A DNA stretch of 64,000 nucleotides, taken from Cystobasidiomycetes sp. EMM_F5 (Eukaryota). Positions 12,009 through 22,213 of this stretch are shown piece by piece. The translations under genes were made by a program, and so were the position numbers. How positions within the stretch are numbered: the first letter of the stretch is position 1; each line of letters begins with the position of its first letter. The notes below the pieces were generated by a model. That model was not told where the DNA came from and did not search any database. It saw only the letters and a program-made list of their open reading frames with translations. The stretch spans positions 558,001 through 622,000 of the forward strand of contig JBPGPT010000003.1 in the NCBI GenBank assembly GCA_051047955.1, given 5' to 3'.

Positions 12009-14802
12009 TCAACGTGACTTGCGGCTCGACTCCGCTCGCGGCACTTTGCGGTTTCTATTCCTGTTCTTGACATTGGCATGAGTATAGAACGACTCGGCCT
12101 TCTTCTTGTTGGTCTTCATTCGAGGCTCTTTGACGCCGCGATGACGCGTTTTGCCATACTCCGCGTCGTTGTCGTCGTCTGTAACTTTGCCACCGGTGGC
12201 CCCAGGCTGCTTGGCGGAGACAGTTGTGTACGATTCTCCCATCAATTCCTCCCAGCCTAATTCTGCATCTGCTTCAGCTGCATCTACCTCGCGCTCGTCG
12301 TCGTTGGCGGCTGTATCGATTGCGTCTTCATCCGCTTCACCGGAGTCGACATCTTCCGACTCTTCATCGAGGTCATTTTCGATGAGTTGCGGTGAGCTGG
12401 CGCCAATACCAGTCCATTCTTGACCATCATCACCATTGTCTTGGTCTTCTTCAACAAACTTTGTCCGATTGACAATCTGGTGTAGGGGCTGCACTACGCC
12501 TGCTATCCTGCCTTCGCCAAACATTTTGTCTTCAGCAGTTTTGGTAGACGTCTCCATCTCGGCATTGCCGGTCGCAGCAGCAGCTTGTCCTGACAGTGAC
12601 ACGGAGTTGTGTTCGAGATCCGGCGGCCTGACGAAGTAGGGTATCCGTCCGCGAATCCAATCATTAAGTACCATCTTCGCCACCGTGTCAATATTGGCTT
12701 CACCGCCCTTGCCTAATTTTCCACGCTTGACGGCAAGCTGAGTAAGAAAATCTTCTGCATCTGTCCAGCTGTCCACACCGTAAGTACGCTTAACGTACTC
12801 CGGCCTGACACGGGACAAGAGTGTGGGTATCGAATCTCCTGGTGCAGAAAGGTGCTCTACCCGGACCACACCCTTCAGGATCTTTTGCGTCTCCGTATCT
12901 CTCGACGAGGGAGGTACAATTCCTGGGCAATCGATGAGATATATCCTCCGCATCAACGTGATGTACTGCCAGACTTTGGTCTCGCCCGGTATCGGTGCAA
13001 CGTTGCAGACTTTCTTGTTCTTGATGGTATTGATGATACTGCTCTTGCCAACGTTGGGATAGCCAACGAAGCCGACCGAAATCTGCTTCTTATCTGACAT
13101 AAGGTTGGAGAATTGACGGAGAAGTTGAATGAGAGAGCCTTTGCCGAAAGAGTTGTTGATGGAAGCGTGGAAAGCGATGGTGGGATGACTTTTAGACAGG
13201 TGTTGAACCCAGCGTGCCTGATGGTAAGCACATACCACAAAACGGATACATTAGCTCACATCGTCTTCAGCGAGAAAGAAAGAAAACAGAAAGGATCAAA
13301 GGAAAGGATTTGCGCTTCCTAACTAAGAAGACCAGAATTCCTCGCTCGAAAGAACGAAGCGTGGGCAATCTCTGACCTCGCTTCCCGTATGTGACCATAC
13401 GGGAAAGTGACAAGGACAAAGACTTGTTTTTATGCCCGTACTGGCGTTCAACTCTTTTAAAGCTGTTTTTACCAGAATTCCCGCAAGATTCGACATAATC
13501 GAATAGTGCAGAAAACATCTAGAGAAATCTCCCATGCTTGTAACGGTCGGATCCGCAACTGATAAGCTGTCACAAGGACAATGCAGCTGACCTGACTTAA
13601 GTCATGGTGTGAAGAGGGATGTAGAGAGGTGGTAGCAGACACGGACAGGACGTGAAACTATCATTTGAAATCTCGCATTTTCGTTCGTTTGAGAGGGGAA
13701 GGAATGAAGGAGGGGCGATGGTACATGGCATCAAACACAGAACAAGCGACTTACAGCTGCCCATCCCGGTATCAAATCGACCTTGTTGAGTATATAAATG
13801 ACCTTTTTCGACTTCTTTTCCTTGGCGAGATAATTTTCGACGGAATGACATCTTGTGCCGATGGGATCTCTAGCATCGAGAACATGCAGTATGATATCGG
13901 ACGAATCTATGACCTTGTATAGTTCGCCCCATATGCGGCGAGAAGTACCGGCTTGAAGGATATAGTCGAGCGGCACATTGGAAAGTTGAGCGTCCGCTGC
14001 TACCCCTCTCTGTGCGTCGTCCAGCTCATCCGCACCAAGATCGTGATCGTGATTCTCGTCCAAGACATCCTCTCCTTGTTCCTCGCCGTCGGCGGTAGGT
14101 ACGTCTGCCGAGGCTGCTTCACCACGTAAGCGCTTCGCAGGAGGGGCTTGGCTGGCTTTCGCAAGTTCCTCAAAAGTGCCTGCTTCTACGCGAGGTCGTT
14201 TACGCTGTGCCCTTGGGCCAAAAGTATCACCAAATGGCTCTGCTGTGGCAAGTTTCGACCGCGAAATCTGCAGACAAAGTGATGAGGAGGGCAAGGATAT
14301 TACTCAAGCTTGAAAGGCACATACCTTGGAGGACTCTTGCAACAGGCTCATTGGCAGCTTGTTTTGCTTTAGAATGACGGAGAATGGGTCTGCCTGCTTT
14401 GCCGCAAGCGAGTCGCGAAAGTGGGTCATTGCGTCTTGCGAGATGACGCGAGTATTGCCTGAGAGTAGTGTAGATGCGTAGGTGGAGGACGTAGGACTGA
14501 ATCAGCCATCAAAAGACCGGGCTGCATCGTACCCTGCTTTGCTCACCGAACCACCTGCGATCTGCCTGGACTCGGCCTATCGGGGCGTCTTTGCTCTGAA
14601 ACTCTGCAGCCTGTATAATCTTGCCGTCCCTGTCTCGAATAGCCTTGCCCCCGCTCGACAGCATCTTGAGATGCTTGATCTTTTTCGCATCTTGACGATA
14701 GAAATTTTCGCCCTTGACATGCTGCTTGGTCTGCGAGTGGGCAGAGCTGCGGCTCTTGCTGCCACTTCCCCCGCTACCACCACTGCTACCCTTAACTGCC
14801 AT
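12009..14802 (-). CDS. NOG2: Nucleolar/nuclear GTPase Nog2 (pre-60S biogenesis)
   Basis: [67 protein letters not shown]; includes a 537-nt intron at 13218-13754. Confidence 0.97.
13306..13610 (-). ncRNA. snR191: Intronic box H/ACA snoRNA, putative snR191/U19 (SNORA74) orthologue
   Basis: Hairpin 1: lower stem CCATGACTT/AAGCATGG and upper stem GGTC/GACC flank pocket AGTCA (13593-13597) ... GTTAC (13540-13544). The 3' hairpin has pocket AGAGT (13451-13455) ... TAGTTA (13320-13325). Both pockets are complementary to LSU rRNA H69 GUAACUAUGACUCU, and each sits 14 nt before an ANA-type box. Yeast snR191 is also hosted in a NOG2 intron. Confidence 0.85.
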
Positions 14803-15335
14803 GTCGTTTGATATTCAGATTGTACGCTGACCCCAGGCAAGGTGGTGCTAATCTCAAGGCAGACCGTCAGAAATTGGGCGTAAAGAGGCGACGGCAATGA
14901 AGACACGAAAGGAGCTGCGACGAACACAGACAATGAGTAGATGAAAGGTGTTCTTGTAATGAGAACAGCAACAAAGCTCCAGGCTCGCTGCTTTGTAGCA
15001 TACTGTAACTCGAAGTGCACTCAGCTCAAGGCAACACGTGCCGCTCGAGGACTTCGGTCATCTAGCTGCAAACAATATCAGCTGCTTCAGATTGACTTGG
15101 ATACACCAGCCAGCCCCAAAGTTCGACTTCTATTATCCCATCTGTCCGGCTCGAAGCAGCTCACTTTCTGCCATCTTCTACCTTTGTGAAAGATGACTCT
15201 TCGATCATTCTCCAAGACGCAATCTAAATTATTTCTGTTGACAGACTCCTGCATTGCGTGTTGACCATACATGATTTAAAGTCGGATACTCAAAACTGCC
15301 GCTGAGTCTGCACATCGGACAACTCCAACGCAGCC

Positions 15336-18300
15336 ATGGCGTCCAGCCGGGCGGAGCAGGGGCGGTCCACGTCTTCAACGAGTGATATCGTACTAAACGC
15401 CGGTACAGAGAGCAGTGCAAGCAATGCGAGCTTGGTGGGAAGTATGCCCATACCTGGCAGGTCGTACTACAAATTTCGCTCGTCTGTCGGCCAAAGCCAC
15501 GGCTCAGGAGCTAGAGACCAGATAGGGATGACACCAGCTTCTGTCGTGACGGCGTCCCATCTCGATATTCGCGAAGGTCGGCCTCACTCCCATTCGATTA
15601 TAGCTTCTATTGCGATGTTCACCTAACAGAATCTGACTTTTCTTGTATCGTACAGGCAGCGCCAGACTTGCTTCGATAGGCTTGGACCGTGATTCTGATG
15701 ACGATGGAGAGGGGTACGGGCCAGACCTTCATGGCCATGCTGTACTGCGACGAGCTTCAACTGGGGGAGTCAATACCGCTCATACTCCGAGTGGTCTATC
15801 CATGCTTCTTCAACGTCATGAACAACGCAAACTGTCGCCAGTCGAAGACACCTCGCCGCCGGATGCAGCCATGGTCAACGATGCTCACGCGCTCCGTGAG
15901 AGCGTCCGTGATACTCTGGACACATCTACCACGTCCTCCCCTGGCGAAGATACCGTTAGCGATACGACGCCACTCGCAGGATCACCAAGTAATCAAAATG
16001 AAGGCATGCGAATGGCACAATCCCCAAGTCCAAGACCGTCAAACGCAATCTTTCAAGAACGAAGTCCGTCTCGCTCTCATGCCGCTTATCCAACCCTGTC
16101 TCTGCCCAGTGCCAGCTTCACCGAACGATCTCCGCTTTTACGAAAGTCGCGACGAAACAGTAAATCCTCTCTGCACGGCAATTCGCAACCCCGGCAAAGA
16201 TCTTCGAGCAGGTCTACATCCTCTCGAGACAAGATGCCACAGTATCCAGTCGCGACGACATGGGTCGACTTTCTCGACAGGACTAAATCCCACATTGTCG
16301 ACCGCGCAGCCTCGTCTGCCCATGCATTGCGGAAGTATACGCCATACGAAATTGCACTCGCTTGTATACTGGAACCCGCAAAGACTCTCCCAGCGGTCAT
16401 ACTCGGTATACTCATGAACCTCCTCGATGGCGTGTCCTACGGCATGGTATGACGCCACTACTAGCTTGTCCGACTCGAAGAGTCTGCTGACCTTAACACT
16501 CATATCCTTACAGATAATGTTTCCCGTATCCTCTCCTGTTTTTGCCAGTTTCGGAGGGATTGGCGTGTCCATGGTGTGTCTGCTTCGCTTCTAGACGATT
16601 TAACATATTTACATGGGCAGCAGCTAATTGGGTCTTGATCCTGTAGTTCTTTGCGAGCTGCTTCGTATCTCAGATTATTTTCTCAAGTCGAAGTATCTTC
16701 AAAGGCGGTAACGGATCAATGATGATTGAGGTCGTACCGTTTCTTCACGTCATCGCCTTTACAATCTCGGACAGACTTGGCGGGATGGAGAATTCTCATG
16801 TCGTCATTGCGACTACAATGGCTGCATATGCTCTCACTGCTATACTTACTGGTCAGTCTCGCATAATTGATTTGGTTCACATCTTATCGCTAAACGTTCC
16901 TGCTTGCAGGTCTAACGTTCTTCCTTCTTGGCTATCTGCGTCTTGGAACTTTTGTGGAATTCTTCCCGCGAGTCGTCCTCGTTGGCTGTATAGGCGGTGT
17001 CGGGGCTTTCCTTGTCATCACGGGTATCCAAGTTTGTGCCGGTCTCGAAAACGAAAAGCTTGAACTTTCCATCCCGCTCATCAAGCGTTTCTTCGAGATG
17101 GATCTATTCGTGTTATGGGTAGGACCAGTTTTTCAGTGTGCCCTGACAACCGCCTGATTGCCTTTCGAACAGTTTATTCCGTTTGTACTCGCAGCCGTAC
17201 TACGTATAATAACTTCTTCGCGCTTCAATCACCCTCTTGTAGTACCGATATTCTTTATTGCAGTCCCTATCGTCTTCTATATTATCGTCTTTGCTGCAAG
17301 AATCCCGATGCAGACACTCCGGGATGGCGGCTGGATCTTCAATCTAGACGGTGTCAATACACCCTGGTACGAATATTTTACGCTATATGGTAAGTCATGT
17401 TTATCGACTGACTGTCTGGGTGGTGCGTGAGTTACATCGTCTGACGCATCTCTGTGATTGCAGACTTCAAAGCAACAGACTGGGGTTCAATCGTGGCTAC
17501 CCTGCCTACGCAAGCCGCACTTGTATTCTTCGCACTTCTTCACGTACCTATCAACGTCCCGGCACTGGCACTCTCAGTCGGCGAGGATAACGTCGAGACG
17601 GACCGAGAGCTTGTCAATCATGGTCTTTCCAACTTTCTCGCTGGATGCGTCGGATCAATCCCAAACTACCTTGTGTACACCAATTCTGTGTTATTCTACA
17701 GAGTGGGAGGGACGACTCGCTTGTCATCATTCATGCTCGCTGCTGTCACGCTCGTAGTCTTTCTGATCGGTCCATGGGTCATAGGTAAGACCTGCACGCG
17801 AAGGCAGTAAGCAAGCGCTAAGTGTGTTTGCGCAGGTTATCTTCCAGTTATGATTGTTGGCACGGTCCGCTCAGGCTCATATTGCAGTGATGAATTCCTG
17901 CTGACTTCTGTGCTTGCAGCTCATTTACATTCTGGGCTACGATTTACTGAAAGAGGCCATCTGGGACACGTACGGAAGAGTAGCTGGCGTGAGCAGTCAA
18001 TTTATCGACGAAGCATCCAGACCTTTTCCTTACCTTGCTTTCTGGATACAGTTTGATTACGCCACTATCTGGATTATTGTCCTGGCCATGACCTATTTTG
18101 ATTTCGTTGTCGGTATCGGCGTCGGCAGTGAGTCTCAGGTCCATGCATTCATAGAGGCTTGCTGATGCTGGCATCGCAGTTGTTGCGGCATGCGTTTCTT
18201 TCGTTGTCGTATCCTCGCAACGCCAACCGATTCGAGCAATCATGAGTGGAGCTTCCGCTTCGTAAGCTGCGGAGAGTAACGCATTACTGGTCCTATACTG

Positions 18301-19807
18301 AAATCTGCCTCCTGCGACATAGCTCTACCGTCCGCAGACAGTAAGATTGCTTAGTTCGGCGGGGAAAGTGTTGCTGAGCTGACGGTCAACCTGTCATTAG
18401 TCCGCGCCAAAGTGCTTTTCTGCGACAGGTTGGCACGCAAGTGCGCATCATAAAGTTGCAATCTTTCCTCTTCTTCGGGACAGTGGTCAAAGTCGAGGCT
18501 AAAATACGTGAACTGCTCGATGCGGCCTCCTGGAATTTGACGCCTATACAGTACTTGATACTGGATTTCTCCCTCGCAAGCGGGGTCGACTTTAGTGCGG
18601 CCGAGGCCTTCTTGCGGATACAAAGGCTGCTTCAGGGTAAACATGTCATCTTGGTCCTCTGCGGTTGTGATCCCGAGACGCCTGTTGGGAAGGCTTTACG
18701 GCAAGTCGACCTCTTTACGACCGGTGACCAATCTACCGTGCGCGTGTTTGCAACGCTCAACGATGCATTGGAGGTCAGTCCAGTCCAATTGAGTACATAG
18801 TCATGAAGGCCCAACTCTCACCGTCTCTCGTTGCTAGCACTGCGAAAACAGCCAACTTCGTAGCTTATACTCCAACAACTTGCAACCGTCTTCGCACGCC
18901 TTACAGCAGCAACAGCCATCTCAGCAGACTCTTGATCCAATCAGGCTCGGTGTTGGTAAGTGTATATAATGCTAACGGCCAATACTAGACTGATGTCCTG
19001 CGTAGATACTGCGTATCGTCCCGGTTCTGGTGGAGTCCCTGCGAATCTGGAAGGCTTCTCGCCCAGACGTGCACAAGTCTTCAAGGCAGGTCAAGCTGCG
19101 TTCCAGCACAAGCGGCCCACAACATCGGAAAGCCAGAATTATACACGATTTGGACTGTCGCCCGCCTCGCCAATCTCCGCTACAGCCGCCAACGGTGATG
19201 CATCAAGCACACCACAAAAGGCAAAGCCAGCAACAACACAGCCTTTGCGGATCATTATGCAATCGCTCAGCGCCCATGCTCCAGACTTGCCAGAAGACTT
19301 TTACCAGCGTCTGACCCCCTATTTCGCCAAGCAGAGCGCAGAGCAAGGTACTTCCCTTTGGACGAGCGGAGATGTTGCAGACGCGTTCTATGTTCTCGAA
19401 AGCGGGATACTACGTGAGCTTGCATACCAACATCACATGCTTACGAAAAGCTGATGTGTGGGTGCATCGTACAGGCGCAATATACGACTTTCCAGACACT
19501 GCGCAAAGCGTGACGGAGTCAATGCTCCCGGGGACAATTGCAGGAGAGATGACCTTTCTCGCTGGATCTAGGCGCAATGCGACAGTTGTGGCCGAACGTG
19601 ACTGCGTACTGTGGCGGATGGACCTGGCGCAACTTGCTGACCTCGAGGTCAAGGAAGGCCCCTTTGTAGCGAGAGCTTTCAGACAGATGCTCTTGCGCAT
19701 AAGCGCAGAGTCTGCAGATGGTAAGTCAAAGATGCTATTTCTTTCCGGAAACGCATTAATTTTTGGTTCGGCCCATAGTACTCATGTTTCATCTCCTCAT
19801 GGGCTGA
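15336..19807 (+). CDS. VSB1: SulP/SLC26 transporter with STAS and C-terminal cNMP-binding/RmlC-like domain (Vsb1/YGR125W-like)
   Basis: LPAVILGILMNLLDGVSYG, GGNGSMMIEVVPF, LFFALLHVPINVPAL, NYLVYTNSVLF, KLQSFLFFGT, LILDFSLASGVDFSAAEAF (STAS), GTIAGEMTF...RNATVVAE (cNMP-like); long Ser-rich N-terminus. Confidence 0.85.
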
Positions 19808-20109
19808 TTAGAAGGATTGCAAATACACGCTGCTCCGCTTACACTCCCTGTATCATACACTCACGCGCGCTATGACTATTTGAGCAAACGACGTAGAAAT
19901 AAAGACTACTTGGATAGGGATGGTGTGCATCTGTTACTTTAGCTATACGTCATCAACATATATCAAAGATAGGTTGGGGTTTGCAAAGTTCATATCCACA
20001 GTCACACTTGCATTCTTTTTCGCGCTCTGCACTGGAGTCCTTCGCACTGGTCTGGGTTTGACGGTATTCTAACGCCACGATTTTCCCGTCCTGTAGGCAC
20101 TGTGGCAAG

Positions 20110-20260
20110 AAAAGCTATGCATTTGGGCGGGAAAGCTATGCGCCAGGCATAGCTTCTGCTACAGGATCTGTCCAATACGCAGATGCATAGCTATTGCTAC
20201 GCAGAAGTCCATAGCAATGTATATGCAGAAGTCAGAGCTATGCATTCAACATAGCCAAAT
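20110..20260. repeat. Left subterminal repeat array (AGCTATGC/GCATAGCT, both orientations)
   Basis: About 7 exact or near copies visible. Confidence 0.85.
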
Positions 20261-21029
20261 TTTGTCGAGATGCTACTGCGTAGCTAGCATAAGGGGTGAA
20301 TATAGAACTACTGAGCAATTTCACGCAATGCTCAGTGTCGCTAAGGATGATGCTGATTGTATGCGAGCAACCTCGTATAAAGGCCACTCTGCCAAAATTC
20401 GACTAAGTTGCAATTGAGTGGCCGCTGGCTTGACCGCCGACAACTCGACACTCAGTACTGCTCACTTCATATGCACACTGACCTCATGGCCACGACTGCC
20501 CGCAGACTCTGGCTATACTGGCCGGCCACGCCGACTGCTCAGGCAGCCTAAGCCTTACCACCAAGGGCGCTGACACTGACTTGGAACGCAACGAATAGAC
20601 CACCGACCAGATCATTGAGCAGGCTTGTCCATAGCTGATGTGCACTTACAAATGCTAACAGCTGCTGTACAGTGCTCAGCACAGAGCACGTCTGCTTATG
20701 ACTGATTGAGCGCCTGTTGCCCCTGACAGCACAGCAGAGGATGGTGATGCTCAGCAGCAGTAACCACACAATGGTAGCACGCAGATGAGTGAGTCCCGTG
20801 GACTATTGCTCGATACTGCTGCATGATGCTTACCACTTCTTGTGTGCTCACAGGCTCCATCACTTCAACAATCGCAAGACCGATCTTGTTTCGAATAATG
20901 CGACATGACAAGACAATTAGGAAGGGATTGCGACATGTTGGGAATGCAAGATTGCTGTACATTACGGTGTTTCTGCTACAAATGTTGTATTGCGTAGAAT
21001 ACAGTAGGCACCGTCTTCTGGTACAGCAT

Positions 21030-21292
21030 ACAAGCATAGCGAACGCTATTCTGATGGCAGAGCAAAAGCTATGCATTTGGCATAGAGTGGCGCGACACGC
21101 CCATTTTTGCATAGCTTTGCTTTGCATTGAGCATAGCTTTCTCTGCTTTTCTATGCCAGATGCATAGCTTTGCTACGTATTTTTAACACGTAGCTTTTCT
21201 ATGCATTGATGCATAGCTTGGTCCTTCTGCGAAAGCTATGCGCGTTGCATATCTTTGGCTAGGCGTTGCGCTATGCGGAATACATAGCTTTT
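21030..21292. repeat. Right subterminal repeat array (GCATAGCTT/AAGCTATGC, both orientations)
   Basis: About 10 exact or near copies visible. Confidence 0.85.
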
Positions 21293-22213
21293 CTTGCCCT
21301 AGTGAGGGTGTCGAAATTGTGATTCCCCGCCAGCTTTGAATCGCCGAACTGAGTTGCTTTCCAACCACTAATGAATGCGACTTGCGCGCAAATACGAGAG
21401 AGGCAAATATCTAGGAATGGATGCTAAGCTGACGATTTTTGAGCCAGCGAGGGGAAAGGGAGCAGCCAGGAGTTTGGCACAATGTTCAAGAGATTCAGCA
21501 TCTGCTTGAGCGAGCGCAAGATGGGGATTGATGGGATGAGCTGATGGCGATGCGACCACGAGAGCTGGACTGACGCTACAGGTCTTGACTGAGGGAAGCG
21601 CACACAGGGTACTTCGAGATTCGTCTACGGCGAGCCTGACCTGGAGGTCCATATCTGGAGGTCCATTCCAATCGTACTCAGCAACAAAGCTGTGCGAGCA
21701 GTGTCGGCAGCTCCAACTGCGCGGATCAGCAGCAGAGAACGGATCGTAACGGCTGTGCGCAACCCGAAATCTGGTCAACGGCTTCAAATCCCTGGCTTGC
21801 AGGCACACTGGGGTGTCATTGAGCCTCAAACAGCTTTCTGCGCTGTCCACAGACTATAATCAACGCCATACGCTGTTGAGCTGCACAATCAACTCCGTCT
21901 ACAGTCCCGTCGAATATCCAGAGCGTCAGCGCCACTGCTATACTCTAGCCGCGCCGCAAAACCCATATCGTCAAAATCCACAACGACAAGCGCGTCACCT
22001 CTACGTATTTAAACCTTGGATTGCATCTAGGGACCGATCCTTTTAACGCCGCTGGCTTCGCGCACAGATACTTTTGCAACGGACAGCTCGGGGACACTCC
22101 GTCGATACTGGCTCGAGACCAGCATAGTCAGCACAAGCCTCGCGAGCACCCTGGCGTTGGCGGCCAAGCAGCGCCAAACGACGCAATCACGGTGCATACT
22201 GTAAAATTCGAGA

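Larger units (their letters stand above)
20098..21304. mobile_element. Non-autonomous CACTA (En/Spm, CMC)-type DNA transposon, 1,207 bp
   Basis: 22-bp TIRs: left CACTGTGGCAAGAAAAGCTATG, right (reverse complement) CACTAGGGCAAGAAAAGCTATG, 20/22 identical. AGG target-site duplication at 20095-20097 and 21305-21307. Many subterminal GCATAGCT/AGCTATGC repeats; no transposase ORF. Confidence 0.9.

Noticed and set aside
20110..21292. Short interspaced repeats resembling a CRISPR array
   Set aside because: 8-9-bp units in both orientations with irregular spacing, inside TIRs in a eukaryote; these are transposon subterminal repeats.
20548..21850. ORFs of 61-160 aa in and beside the transposon as real genes or a transposase
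   Set aside because: No transposase or other recognisable motifs and no coherent exon chain.
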